This document shows, one piece after another, positions 23,475 through 36,069 of a stretch of 64,000 nt of DNA. The position numbers and the translations under genes were made by a program. Source of the stretch: Penicillus capitatus (lineage: Eukaryota > Plantae > Chlorophyta). Positions within the stretch are counted from its first letter, which is position 1, and each line of letters starts with the position of its first letter. The notes beneath the pieces are model-generated. The model saw only the letters and a program-made list of their open reading frames with translations. It was not told the origin of the DNA and searched no databases. The stretch lies in assembly GCA_965649825.1 (NCBI GenBank), contig OZ287702.1, forward strand, positions 982,786 through 1,046,785. The letters run 5' to 3'.

Positions 23475-26463
23475 ATGGTCGTCGTTTCGCCAATGACAAA
23501 AACGCGAAGAAAAGCAAGGGGTCTCCTTCGGTGCCGCGATGAGGGATCCTCGGTTCTCTTAGATTCGATGTCTCGATATCGCATTGCATCCTACCGACGA
23601 TGCACTTCTCGTGCACTACGAGGTGCGTTTTGCGCCACTTATTCCAATGTCTATTCACCTTTGCCGTCGATAGGTCGCTGACAGACGCCACGATCGGACA
23701 TCAGGAACCGTCAAATGGAGAACGTCTGTGGAAAAGTGCGAGATTCGATGCGGAAAGCATCTCTGTACATTCGCGTTGCAGAATTGCTCTTTCGGAATAC
23801 GATACGGATCAGAATGTTTCACTCGTTGCTCTTGAGCTCGTCGAAAATTGCCCTTGTCTGAAACCAAGTAAGGTGCGAAAAGCTATTCAAGCGTCAGTTA
23901 CGTTGTGCCGAATGGAACGTCGGCAAAGATGTCCCCAAAGTTATCGTCATAGAAATCCGACTATGTATTGCAGGTCGCCGTCATCGAGCAACTACTGCGA
24001 GAGTACTGTGCAAGACGAATGCGCCGCGCCTCCAACGATCCATCCGATATACGTAAAAACGAATGGCACGTCGCCTCCCTCCCTCGCGATCTGCGTTGCG
24101 CAGATGACCTCTATCCAGACGATCTGCCATCGGCGACAGAAGCCACTATTGACTACTTGGATGACTATATCGTGCGCCACCAAACTCTTGGACTTCACCT
24201 CCCTATCTTGCGATCCACTCGCGGCCTCGTCTAGGAAGCACTCTACGAAGATGCTGACATCGAGATTCGAGAAGAAGCCCTGTCGAAGATCGCGGCGCTT
24301 TTCGCCGCATCGCAACATCTCGAGGTGCAATATCTATGGGTCATCGTGTCGCGAGGCTGATGTCAGGACGCAGGTGCTGTTGCTGCACGACACACTGCTC
24401 ACCGCATTGTCGCGTATGTTTCATGAGGAAGGGAAACGACACATTCATGTCGCCATCCACATCACGAGCGTCTTTGCACAGATCTCGAACTACCCTGAGC
24501 TCCACTCCGTCATCGTTCAGAACAAGATGGGCAGTGGAACACTCTCCTTACTGGAATACATCCTGAAACAGTGCATACCGTCAAGGCAAGAGCGCTTTGG
24601 CGACATCTGCTGTTTGCGCAACGCCATTCAGGTGCCATTCCGGAGGCGAGACGCATCGCGGTGATCTTGATCGACTGGGGGAGCGTACGGCCGACATCCG
24701 AGTCACAAATTTGATCGTACACTGCCTGCATCTATTACTGAACCTCTCGCAAGACACTGTCATCGAGCATAAGATGCAGCGAAAGGCAAGGCTGTTCACC
24801 CGTATCCTGCCGGTGACAGAATGCGTGGTGGTCAGGGCATTGTACCCATACTGGCACAGTTGCTCGAGTGGACAACACAGGAGCATGCGATCCAACTCTG
24901 TCTTCTGTTCTTGGCCCGTTTATCAATTCGCCAAGAGACCGTCGTGCAGCTGCAAGATAGCTTCGATGTCTCGATGGTTGTCGCACATGTGACGAGCATA
25001 CATCCACGTGTGCGTCAACTGGCTCAACAGCTTATCTACAATCTTTCATTCGACAGCGCGCTCTCAAAGAAGATGGTGGACCATGGATGCATCACGCATG
25101 TGCGGCATATACTTGTCGCGTTTGACGAAATGCTGTGGTGTTTTGCGCAAAGGTCTGTCGATATTTGGGAAAAGAAGGCGATCAGGATCTTCTTCTGCGA
25201 ATTCTTTATCAGCTGTCGATCGACGACGGCAATAAATCCACTTTTGCGTACACGGGTCATCTTCCCGCACTGATGGAGATGTTCTTGGAAGAAACGGAGC
25301 ACGAATCTTCAAAAGGCGTCCGTCCAGAAGATCTCTGTTCCAATGGCGAGTCTACACTGATCTCTCTCTTTGTCAACCTGACGCTCAGCGAACGAAACTG
25401 CGAGGTCTTTAAAGGGAATATCGTTTGGCATCGCTGCAATGGTCTTTATCAAAGGTCATGTGTGCCGATGATTTTTTTCGGAAGCTTGCGGAGAGGACAC
25501 TGGAATCCGATAACCCAATTCTGTTCAAGGTCCTCGCCTTCCGGCATTAAACCAAGCGTTTCTCACAGAATTGCTTCCTCCTTGCCCTCCCTTAGGTGCT
25601 CAGAAATATCTGCCAGCATGATAACCAAGATATTCGCCAAAACTTTATTCCTTTCCTCGACGCTCTCATTCGGAATCTCACAGTGAGTCTCAACAAAACG
25701 TCCTCAGCGACGCAGATCGCACATTCATAGGGCGATCGTATTTCGAAGGACACGCAGCTGGAGGTCGCTGGCTGTCTCGCCAACCTCTCCATCGATGGCG
25801 TCAACTATTATGAATATCTAACACGACATCCACTGATTGCCTGCGTTGAGCGTCTCTTGTCCAGCACAGACACGGAGGACGATCTGTTTCTCGAGATCGT
25901 GATGTTCATCCGCGTTCTCAGCAGCAAACGCACTGCGGCGATCATCTCGCAGTCGACAATGGTTCAGCCCGTCCTCGCCGTTTCTCCGCCCGCCTTTCCG
26001 TTTTCTAGATCGATGATCTGGTCGGAACTCTGGAAACGAAGAAAGACGACAAAGAAATTCAATTTCAAACGCTCTTAACGATGGAGCAGTTGATGCAGCA
26101 CGAAGAAACGCAGATGGCCATGACAGAACGCACCCAGGTCATGAATCCTGTCCATCGCACAGCTGCGTGCACTGATTTGGTGTCCAGTGCGTGTGCCATC
26201 TCATCCTTGCATGGCACAGCGAATTCTTAGAGATGCGCCGTGTTGCCGATAGATGTCTCGATGCATTGATGTTCGGCAAAGAGTCCAGTCGATGGCACGA
26301 CGCCATCCTCACTCGAAAATTCGAAGCCTATAACCAAGTCTGGCTGGACAGGAATTCGACGCTGCATGAGCAACTCGGTGACCTGGGCAAGGGACTGCGT
26401 CGCTCTTCGAGTGGTTTGAAGAAAACGATCGAACTGGACGACGCGTCCGATGATGATGTTTAA
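23475..26463 (+). CDS. KAP3: Kinesin-2-associated protein (IFT motor accessory subunit); first exon uncertain
   Basis: [13 protein letters not shown]; YLDDYIEALYED; [17 protein letters not shown]; armadillo repeats; [11 protein letters not shown]; about 12 short introns, one GC-AG (24786-24835). Confidence 0.9.
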
Positions 26464-26522
26464 CCGCCTACTCTGTGCATGTGTCGCTGTCGTCGTGTAC
26501 GGTTGTTTCTCGTGTGAAGGCG

Positions 26523-26906
26523 ATGGCAACGGGTGTCAATCCAAAAGCGTATCCTCTGGCGCCCGCCGATCTGTCGAATACGATTCTCGACATCGTGCAG
26601 CAAGCGCAGAACTATAGACAGCTTCGAAAGGGCGCCAACGAGACGACCAAGTGTGTCAACCGAGGAATCGCTGAGTTTATCGTGCTGGCAGCTGATACAG
26701 AACCTATAGAGATCGTTTTGCACCTGCCGTTGCTCTCTGAGGACAAGAATGTGCCTTATGTCTTCGTCCCGTCGAAGGCGGCACTGGGTCGAGCCTGTGG
26801 AGTCTCGAGATCCGTCATCGCCGTGGCTGTCACTGTCAATGAGGGAGGCGCTTTGTCGAGCCAGATAACAAATTTGAAGACAGCGATTGAGAAACTGCTG
26901 ATTTAA
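26523..26906 (+). CDS. SNU13: SNU13/NHP2L1 (15.5K) snRNP/snoRNP protein
   Basis: VNPKAYPLA...[11 protein letters not shown]...[40 protein letters not shown]; intronless. Confidence 0.97.
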   Translation: MATGVNPKAYPLAPADLSNTILDIVQQAQNYRQLRKGANETTKCVNRGIAEFIVLAADTEPIEIVLHLPLLSEDKNVPYVFVPSKAALGRACGVSRSVIAVAVTVNEGGALSSQITNLKTAIEKLLI

Positions 26907-26976
26907 AGGACGACTTCATCGTGCGCATACCCTTGCAAGGAATCACAGCGCCGTTCTGGGATGGGTCGACGACAAA

Positions 26977-26990
26977 CGGTGCGCGCACCG
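26977..26990. promoter_or_regulatory. Perfect 14-bp palindrome CGGTGCGCGCACCG upstream of CCT
   Basis: Intergenic; one-mismatch copies at 36042 and 50836, also intergenic; function inferred only. Confidence 0.45.
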
Positions 26991-27127
26991 ACGAATCGCC
27001 TCATGTCATGTAGGGGACAGCTCGCCGACGTCGCTTATCGCATGTCTGCGTTGCGGCGTTGCATCGCTGTTCGGAACGGAGACGAAACGACATTCTGGAG
27101 CGAATTTCGCATTCTTAGTGCGTTAAC

Positions 27128-28294
27128 ATGACGAACACATCAGAGAGAAAGATTCGCGTCTATGCCGACGGTACGCGCCGCTTCGGTTTCACACACCGAC
27201 CGTCCGAGCCTTTCCAGGGATCTTTGATGTCTTTCATTTTGGACACGCCCGAGCACTCGAACAAGCAAAACACTTGTAATCCGCTCTCTATTGCCGTTCT
27301 GGTGTGACAATGCACTGAATTGCACAGGTTTCCCAATACGACGCTCATCGTCGGGTGCTGTAGCGACAGGTTGACGTCCAAGAAGAAAGGCAAAACAGTT
27401 TTTACAGAAGAGGAGAGATATGAATCACTGAGGCACTGCAAATGGGTGGACGAAATTGTTCAAGACGCACCATGGGTCGTCACTATGGAATTCCTCGAAA
27501 AGCACAGGATCGATTATGTAGCCCATGATGATAAACCTTACTCCGATCCTGATGGCCATGCAGATATCTACGACTTTGTAAGAGAGGACATAGATTTTGA
27601 CAGAGAGAAAATGATGGGACATCTCTAGGTCAAGAAGGCCGGAAAATTCAGAGGCATACAGCGTACTGAGGGCATCTCAACAACAGAGATCATTCTGAGA
27701 GTGCTTCGAGATTACAATGACTATGTATTGAGAAATCTTTCAAGGGGCTATAGTCGTAAAGACATGAATGTTAGTCTTTTCAGAGTGAGAACTCCGCTTA
27801 TCGTTTTTGTGTGAGAAACGACAGAATTGGATTTAGGAGAAGCGTATTAGAGCATCGCATAATCTCAAAACACTGAATCAGAGATTACGTGACCAGCGAC
27901 TGCAGCTCTCCAAACATGTGAAGCTGTTGCCAAAGGAGCTGGCATCTGTACAGTCTCGTCGTAAACTGGCGAAGAGAATCTATCGGAATGGAGAAGAACT
28001 GGCACAGAATGTGGAGCAGATGGTCGGCAAACTGATCAAAGTGAATCTCTTGGAGAAACGCGTTCTCAAAGAAGTCACTTCTCAATTGGCACTGAACCTG
28101 GACAAATTTGTCTCCGGATTTATCAAGTGTGTCTGTCGTCCCGTTGTCGTTCTCTGACACCGACTTGGCGAAATGACAGGTCCTTTGAGGAAGGCTACAC
28201 GAAATTCGAAGTAGCCGTCTACAAAACAGTGGGAGAGAAATTCATCCCAGCGAAAAAGGAGGAGGAAGAGGGATTGCTCGAGGCCGATGCATAA
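27128..28294 (+). CDS. CCT: Choline-phosphate cytidylyltransferase
   Basis: [23 protein letters not shown] (HxGH), [52 protein letters not shown]; five GT-AG introns. Confidence 0.96.
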
Positions 28295-28366
28295 GCAGAC
28301 GTTGATCTAGTTATGAGATGAGCCGATGTTTAACAACTCTGGCATTGATGATGGAACAAGCACGAG

Positions 28367-28390
28367 ACGCACGCACGCACGCACGCACGC
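28367..28390. repeat. Microsatellite (ACGC)6
   Basis: Perfect tetranucleotide run downstream of CCT. Confidence 0.9.
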
Positions 28391-28735
28391 ATACGTTAGA
28401 TCCATCAGTGAGCTGAATCTTTTTCTTGGCCACAGCCGTCTCATGAACTATTACCCGCATTGGACGGGGAACGTCCTTGATGATGTTTCATTGTGTAGAG
28501 CTCTGTTATTTTCGCACAAATTCTGAAACTCCTCTACACATAACCGCAAGAGAAGCTTCTTCAACTTCACCAAAACATACAACGCGTCGCTGCAACATGT
28601 TCGAAAGCCGATCGGCGCTTCCGCCCTTGCTGCTGTATCCTTTCGAAGAATCCACTCATTAAGACTTGCCGAAAGGACGGTGAAAAGACAGGGAAGGAGT
28701 TTGTTCAGGCGAAGTGGAGATGTGCACATACATGT

Positions 28736-29471
28736 TTACACATCTCTTGCGTTTTCTTCGATCACAGTCCAAAGGGCATTTGCCAGTTGGACGGGCGTCA
28801 TGTTCTCGGAATTGAATGCGAAGATCTCGCTGTTCCGATCTCCTGTCGCATTGCCTTCATACCGTGTCTCCTCGCTTTCATGCCAGACGACACCCGTCAT
28901 GCAATGATACAAACTCAGTGCATTCCTAACGAACCATTCTCACAGAGTGTCGTACAGATGGCGGCGTGCTTGGTTGTCTGCAGTCGATGTTGGTATCGTG
29001 TTTCTGTCTCCGTTCTTGATTCTTCCGCATCCGATAGAGACTCTTTCAGACGGCCGCGTTGGCATTCCAACCCTGTACAGGTGATATCGCTCGAGGAAGC
29101 AATGAGCGAAGACAGGGGTATCTGAATTCTTCTTGGAGTTTCTGGATTGTTCTTTCCATATCGTCGACAGATCGCTTAAGTGATACAACCTCATTCTCTG
29201 CGGCCTGCAGCTCTGAAACGCGCGGTTCTGCTCTCAGCTGCTGTTCTTCGTGGAGGCTCTCTGATAAGGAAACGTGATGTAAGAGATCACAAAACTCGCG
29301 GTTGTCGTCACTTTGAATGGCGTCACTGAGATGTTGCTGGTGTCGTTCAGCAGCTTCGCGCAGCGATCGTTGCGTCTGTCGCCACCAAGTGAGCTTCTCT
29401 AAAGACGCATCGTTGGTGAAGAGTTCGGTGAGTCGATCCAATTCCTTCATCGCCGCTTCCATATCAGCCAT
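28736..29471 (-). CDS. SPC24: Kinetochore Ndc80-complex subunit Spc24
   Basis: Long coiled coil then NALSLYHCMTGVVW...IFAFNSENMTPVQLANALWTVI; needs a GC-AG intron (28926-28969). Confidence 0.75.
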
Positions 29472-30016
29472 TCGTGATACTAGCGACAGTAATTCTGCAG
29501 AGCTTTGCACGACGAAGTGTCACATCAGGCGTTTGCTTCTGATCAGGGAGGATGGATGATACGTCCTACGATCGATCAATCGATCGATCGGACGTCGTTT
29601 CGAAATCGGAATCTGCACCGATATCGGATACGAGCTTCCATGCACGATCGTTGCGTGCAGATCGAACATCTCAATGTTCGTCGCATCTTCTTCGTCCAAC
29701 CTGTAACGAGATCGTCGCGATGAGCAGACGTTTTTGATGAGACCTTATGCTTTCGCGCTTTGCACCCATCTATCATCACAAAGGAGAAGGCCAACAAACA
29801 CCAATTAAAACGAGATCGCACGACAGTAGTAGTCTTTTCCTCCTGCTCGAAAGACGTTTACACATTGAAGTTTATGACAAGGCAGAGCTGCAGCAAGATA
29901 TGGCAGGATGCAATCAATGGTAAAGCCATTCACGCAGATGAAAGCGCAGCATTCAATTTCAGGTGCAAAACGCAGATGTCTTACGGTCTTCCACTCTTTT
30001 GTGTATCTCTCTCATA

Positions 30017-31746
30017 CTAATCCTGCTCGTTGGATGGCTGAACGTTACGTTCTTCTTCAGGATTAAAATGCTTGCGTGCGCGTTCCAGTTCCTGTTTCAA
30101 ACGAGCAGCCTACGGTACAGGTCGATGGCCAGTCGAGCCATCGCGAAAGCAGCGTCTCTCTTACCATAATAGGCGCATTCTGCAGGACTCTTTCCCTGTT
30201 GTACAGCATTTCTCCTCTTTCTTCTTCCAGATCAGCTGTGCTCAGAGAAATGCGTTCACGATTTTGATCGATATCGACCACAATCGCATACACCTCATCC
30301 CCTTCTGCAAACACCACCTGCACACATGACGTTCACGATCCGTCTTCCCTTTGTAAAATTCGCACGTCTGGAGAGTAGACAAGTTTCTGCGAAATGTTGC
30401 GGACATGGAGGAGACCCTTTCTGGGTATACCATCGATTTGCACAAAGGCTCCGTAGGATACGATCTACAGCACAGATACCACCACCATGCCTGTGCAGGA
30501 AAGTCACCTCTGCTATTTTTCCATGAACAAGAGATCCGATTGTGAGAGTGTCCATATGCTTCAGCGTTTGAGCCTGTTTGCTGCTCACAATGATTCTGCC
30601 TCTCGATGATTGGACCTCTTTGACACAGACTCTGATCTGCGAATTTTTGTAATGGCTCTCGAAATACTGAAAGACACAAGTTAAGCAGACACCCATCGTT
30701 TTTCAAGAAGACACCTCGTCAGCCACTTCCATGATCTTGGCGTCCTTCTTCGTCAAGTAGCTCCTCGGCAAAAAGCATGTGGCACCGCAAAGTCTCACCA
30801 TCAACCCTCCCTTGTTCCGTAAGAGTATCGTAGCTTGAAGTGTCTCTCCTGTCTACATTCAGAGCAATCATCATTGACATCTATCTGTCTTTATGGAGAC
30901 GAGCCGTTCTTACCAGGCACAGGTCTCGAATCTGCGAAAGTCGTTTGTAAAGGATCTTTTCATCGAAATGCTTGCCAGAGATGATATATCGATTCTTGCC
31001 GTGTTCATTCTCACTTCTTATCACCCGAACAACCTACGACGCCGATACCCGTCACCCATTCGTTGAAAAATCAACGGCTCCGTTTACCAGTGCTTTGCGC
31101 AGTGCATCGACGCCGAAGTGCTCCTCGATGAACTCACTGCTCGTAAGCTCTATTGTCGAGCTCAGAAGGTTGTTGGAAAACAGCCGATAAGGTAGGAACC
31201 TAACAGACATCCACCTCAATTCTCAAAACCAAATGCACATCCAAACAACGCTTCTGATGATTCGTGATCCACCACGTTTACGAAGACACCAAGTGGATGA
31301 CGTGAAGGCTGGACTTGGATCAGGACTTCCTGTCTCACATGTAGTTCGCTCTCGCTGTCTTTCGGCAAGTCTTCTGCTTTGTGTTCGGATGCGGCGATGT
31401 CATCCCTCGGCGTCACATCTGCTGCACTCTGGTCCACTTGGAACCCTGGCTCTGCTTCTGACACTCTGTTGTCCTCCTCTTTGTTGAAGGTCATCTCGAA
31501 GGACGCGTCGACATCCTCGGATGGAGAAAGAGCCGTTTCGCAGTGGGCATTTTCCGTTACGTCGCTCTGAACGGCGCACGAGAGTTTGCGTCTGTGTTGC
31601 GCGGCGGCAAAGAGGAATCGACCACTATGGCGCCTGATCTCTTTGGTCGAATAGACCCTTGCCTGCACTCGACGTACGATAGAGTACGAAGTCGGCGCAG
31701 TACTGAAGGCGCTGTTCTCAAAGCGGGAAACGACGGCAGAAAACAT
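30017..31746 (-). CDS. Plastid S1-domain RNA-binding protein (ribosomal protein S1-like, three S1 repeats)
   Basis: Transit peptide; NKGGLMVRLCGATCFLPRSYL; IVSYGAFVQIDGIPRKGLLHVRNISQ; DIDQNRERISLSTADLE; seven GT-AG introns. Confidence 0.85.
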
Positions 31747-31827
31747 CGAAGCCGAAAGAAACCCCACAACCGATCAACGTGGCAATTGATGGAATTGGCC
31801 ACGTTCCATCCATTCTGTGAAAACGAC

Positions 31828-33745
31828 ATGGGGCACGATGCGGACTACTTGAAGACATTGATTGGCGAGGTTCTTAGCCAAGGACTGGCTGCGACGCTCG
31901 TCGAATCGCCAGAAGATCCGGTGGATTATCTCGGAAACTGGCTTGTCAAGTAGACGCTGCGTTTAAGACGGACATGCGAAGTGTGAGAAATGGCACAGTT
32001 TTGTCGAGACGCATGTCCAGAAAGAAAGGACGCGAGATGAGTATCGCCAGAAACTGAAAACGCAACGCCTCGACGAAGTCCAGCATCTTGAGTTCCGGGT
32101 CGATGGACGTCATGATGACGATCTCTGTAGGAGCGAGCAGAGAACGCTGCAAAATGCAGAGATGAGGCGAACGCAACAAAAGACGCGTGCTTAAAGAAAC
32201 TGACGGAGGACATCGAAAAAGGAGCTATCCTCGACGTGTATGCGTTTTGGAATGCAGTCGTGGAGGTGGCCACGCAGAAAACAGACATCCGCGCTGCATA
32301 CATTGGTCTCGTCGCGCATTCTTCCAGCACAGTAGAAGATCTTCCGGACCTCGATGAGAGCGAGGAAGATGACAACGGTCCTCTGATATCTTCGAACGCT
32401 CCGCCGCCGGAAGGCAATAGGCTACCGTCCTTAGCGTCGCTTCTGAGTCTTGTAATGGATATTGCAAGGAGACGAAAGCGAAGAAGGTGGTGAGCAACCG
32501 ATTGCGGAAAAGAACACGCACATCGAAATCGTCGCGGCTTCAGACGCCTCTCAGCATTTCCTGCTGTACAAAAAGATCACAAGGTCGACGCATTACGATA
32601 TACGTTCGACGAGGGCGCCGCCAATCCGTCGTGTGTCTCTTCAACAGAGCGACGTCCGAAGAAACGGATGAAGATGCGTTTCCTTCTCCGATGCCACCGA
32701 CGCTAAGACTTGTCGATGAGGGACTCGACTATTTGTATCTGCCACATTGCATCGATGCGGAAGGCATCACGTTCCTGGATGGCGTTCCCAAGATTGGCTC
32801 GTGTTTGATCTGTTCACTGACGCCATCATCCTCGCCGACATCTCCTGTCGCCATTCTTGTGTGCGACACACTTTCTCCTCCGGGATCCGGATCCTACATC
32901 TCCGAGGTCCATCATGCGTCCGGAGGCGAGAAGGCAGTCGAAACCGCTGTGCTTTACAGACGGACAAGTGTTTCTTGCTGAAGCTGACGGAGACAACACG
33001 TGTCTTAATACCACGACTGTTATCGGCATCTCTGCATAGCGAAGAAGAGAAAACGACGTGGCTGCAACGTCTTCAAGAGAAAATCCAGGCACTGTACCCG
33101 ACGGCTAAGGCAGATGGTGACACAGACCTGGAACCGAGTACCGAAAACGAAAAGACAGAACCTACGGCAGACACTGACGTCTCTGAGGAGCTCCAAGCAC
33201 TACTCGATGACGTCAAAGTAGCAGAGAACACGCTGGATCGCGAAACGACCGCGCTGACAAAGGAAGAGGATATCTTTGCCGCTGTCAGAGAGAGTATCGG
33301 AACCGAACGGCAGCGATTCTTGCATTATCTTCGAGGCCAGACGCAACCACCCCCGCAAACACTTCGACTCCTCCACCTCGTTTCAATGCTTCTCGGTGAA
33401 CGCCTCTCTTCAAGCGCCTGATTTTTTGCAAAGGCGCGTTTTCTGGACATAGGCGAAGGAAAAATCGATTCCCTTTCGTGGAGTGCGAAACGCAGTGTTG
33501 TCACGGAACGTCTCATTCCGAAGCTGGAGGCGGAATCCGACGTCTTCGACCAATGCCCCTCAGCAACGTGGAAGCACATGCGACACGCGCTCGCTCCGTA
33601 CAAGGACGGCATCTCGGACTCGAATACCGTTCTCGATTTCAGTCTCCTCCTTTTCATCAAACAAGTACGCGACCTTGCGTTTGTAGCCGATCGGCGTCAT
33701 GCAATGACATCAGGCTTGCCGAGTGGAGAGGTCGCGACAACATAA
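31828..33745 (+). CDS. RSP2: Radial spoke protein 2 (Dpy-30 + GAF-like + coiled coil)
   Basis: MGHDADYLKTLIGEVLSQGLAA...PEDPVDYLGNWLVK Dpy-30 motif; PKIGSCLIC...AILVCDTLSPPGSG matches the Chlamydomonas RSP2 layout as remembered. Confidence 0.8.
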
Positions 33746-33901
33746 AGTGGTTGCGGAACGCTCTCTCGTTGAAAAACGCGCGGCTCTGGAGGAGAAACGC
33801 GCTGAGCCTGCGGCGTCTGACGTCGAGGCGTTGGAAACGGAGCCGGGAGAAGGATGATGTGACGGTTGAGATCTCCGCAGACAGTCTTCGTGTGAACAAC
33901 A

Positions 33902-35167
33902 ATGTCTTTGTCGAGTGGCCGTTCCGCACTTCATCTCTCTTCCTCTGCGTCAAACGCACTTCTCCATCGCTCCATTCGGCAAAAACGTCATTCACGCGTT
34001 GCCTTACGTTTTTCCAGTGTCCGTGCCAGGGTATCGGCGTCGAGTCCTTTAGACTGGTCCTCTGTCAAAACAGAAGCGCAGTTCAAAGGCGTACTGCGCG
34101 CGGCTGAGACCAAAGGGTTTATCAACGAGCCTTTGCGCATGATATGGGAAGATTTTTACGATAGCTACAAAGCAACGGTCATCGGGAGTCAGGTTGAGGG
34201 TCACGATGAAGATTTCGTCGTTAGCGTGCAGACGAGCATCGCCGAACGCGTCTTCCATCAATTCACCGATCCATATACTTTTCCTTCACACCACCAACGC
34301 ATTTTGAAACCGTTTAACTACTACGAGTTTGGACAGCGATACGTGGCATCTCTGGTGAATTTCAAGAGATCCTTTATCGGCAATTTGGACACCTGGCAAC
34401 AGATCGATGATCAGTTGCGTCGGGGAGAAAACGTCGTCCTCTTAGCCAATCATCAAACGGAGGCCGATCCTGGCGTCTTTGCGCACATGATCAAGACCAG
34501 TTTCCCCAGGATGGCCGAAGACGTGATCTACGTGGCCGGAGATCGTGTGATCACGGATCCCTTGTGCAAGCCGTTCTCTATGGGGAGAAATCTCTTTTGC
34601 GTCTATTCCAAACGTCACATCGATGACGTTCCGGAAGAGAAACCAGCCAAACTGGCGATGAATCGGAAAACAGTGATGGCGATGGGAAGGAAACTGAATG
34701 AAGGTGGACTGCTTTTGTGGATTGCGCCCAGTGGTGGGCGGGATCGTCCTCGTGAGGATGGCATTTGGGCACCCAATACGTTCGATCACTCTTCTGTCGG
34801 TCTCATGCAGAGACTCCTGGAAAAGGCACGTCCTGCCGGGCACCTTTACGCCATGGCCATGGTGAGCTGGAGAATGATGCCGCCACCTGTCAAGATCGAA
34901 GATACCATCGGCGAACGACGCGAAACGAATTTCGTAGGCGTCGGTATTTCGGTGACACCGGAGATCTGCGTCGAGGATGTCCTCAAAGACCTGCCAGAGG
35001 ACGCCAGCACCGATGCGAAGAATACCGTTCTGGCCAATCATGCCAGAGATATCTGCGAAGAGGAATTCTTAAAGCTCTCGGCCGTGATTGATCATCCAGA
35101 ACGGCAGTCGGAACACACACAATACCAACAGCCGTGGTTAAAGACGCCTGTCGCCTCTGCTCGCTAA
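33902..35167 (+). CDS. ATS1: Chloroplast glycerol-3-phosphate acyltransferase
   Basis: Intronless 421 aa; LANHQTEADP (HxxxxD), YVAGDRVITDPLCKPFSMGRNLFCVYSKRH, WIAPSGGRDRP. Confidence 0.97.
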   Translation: MSLSSGRSALHLSSSASNALLHRSIRQKRHSRVALRFSSVRARVSASSPLDWSSVKTEAQFKGVLRAAETKGFINEPLRMIWEDFYDSYKATVIGSQVEGHDEDFVVSVQTSIAERVFHQFTDPYTFPSHHQRILKPFNYYEFGQRYVASLVNFKRSFIGNLDTWQQIDDQLRRGENVVLLANHQTEADPGVFAHMIKTSFPRMAEDVIYVAGDRVITDPLCKPFSMGRNLFCVYSKRHIDDVPEEKPAKLAMNRKTVMAMGRKLNEGGLLLWIAPSGGRDRPREDGIWAPNTFDHSSVGLMQRLLEKARPAGHLYAMAMVSWRMMPPPVKIEDTIGERRETNFVGVGISVTPEICVEDVLKDLPEDASTDAKNTVLANHARDICEEEFLKLSAVIDHPERQSEHTQYQQPWLKTPVASAR

Positions 35168-35209
35168 CGCACTGCGATCGCATACATACATGTGGTCATG
35201 GTTGTCCCA

Positions 35210-36010
35210 TTATTTCTTGTGAAGAAGAGACTTGGCTTCTTCTTGCTTCTCTTGAAGACTCTCACTGGCATAGAGCGCCATCAGATCCTTTTTACGCTTT
35301 TCCAGGATGCGCCGCTCAATTTCTTTCTCGTCCGGCAGCGTCACTTCCGCAGGGATTACGGTCTCGGGAATCGCCGTGGCTTCGGGTGGAATCCTCTCTT
35401 CTGTCGTCTCGGTATAGGCGATCGATGGATTCCAGTCTTGAGCAGAGGTATGTTGACGTAGCTTCTTCTCGGCTTCCCTCTCGGCTTCCAGAAGAACGCC
35501 GTCCTCCTCGTCGCGGAAGCCGTAGTAGTCTCCATCGATATTTTTGTACAGATCTTGTCGCGTTCTCTTCGGTTTTTTGGGAGGCTCCTTTTCAAAGAGC
35601 TCTTTGACGCCAGGCAGATTCTTAGCGGCTCCAAAATAACGATAACCTGTGCCCTGGGGATCGCTGATCTCGTATCCTTGACTGTCTGTTACTTTTGGAG
35701 CACTCTTGGCGTAATCGGGTCCACCAAGCTCCAGAATTCGAGCCTCCCACAATGCCTTCTCCCGAATGAGCTTGTTGATCTCGTCGTTCAAATCTCGAAG
35801 GCGATACTCGCCCAGTCCAGCGTTCTGAATATCCATCACCTTCTTGCCGATTTCTCTCAGCACCTGTTGCCTCCATCGGTCGGCCTGATGCAGATCGAAG
35901 CACTCGGAGGTCACAACCGGACGAGGACGAGGCGGTCGACGAATGCGCTCTTGTTTGCTTGCGAGGAAGCGATTTAGAAGCGCCTGCGCCTTCTCTTCAT
36001 TCCGTGCCAT
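35210..36010 (-). CDS. ISY1: Pre-mRNA splicing factor ISY1
   Basis: MARNEEKAQALLNRF, RLRDLNDEINKLIREK, GYRYFGAAKNLPGVKELFE, YYGFRDEEDG; intronless. Confidence 0.97.
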   Translation of the reverse strand: MARNEEKAQALLNRFLASKQERIRRPPRPRPVVTSECFDLHQADRWRQQVLREIGKKVMDIQNAGLGEYRLRDLNDEINKLIREKALWEARILELGGPDYAKSAPKVTDSQGYEISDPQGTGYRYFGAAKNLPGVKELFEKEPPKKPKRTRQDLYKNIDGDYYGFRDEEDGVLLEAEREAEKKLRQHTSAQDWNPSIAYTETTEERIPPEATAIPETVIPAEVTLPDEKEIERRILEKRKKDLMALYASESLQEKQEEAKSLLHKK

Positions 36011-36041
36011 GGTGGGTCGACTCGACGCAGATACGAGACAT

Positions 36042-36055
36042 CGGTACGCGCACCG
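36042..36055. promoter_or_regulatory. CGGTACGCGCACCG, one-mismatch copy of the 14-bp palindrome in the 59-bp ISY1/hydrolase divergent gap
   Basis: Direct sequence match; regulatory role inferred. Confidence 0.45.
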
Positions 36056-36069
36056 GCACTTAAGCAGGC

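Noticed and set aside
28343-28420. TGATGA...CTGA pair suggesting a C/D snoRNA
   Set aside because: The interior is mostly the (ACGC)6 microsatellite, the terminal stem is only 3 bp, and I recognise no rRNA guide.
29078-29130. Possible GA-AG intron in SPC24
   Set aside because: A canonical 41-nt GT-AG intron keeps the frame, so the non-canonical donor is unnecessary.
29640-30020. Possible small plus-strand gene between SPC24 and the S1 gene
   Set aside because: Only short ORFs, no convincing exon chain or motif; left unannotated.
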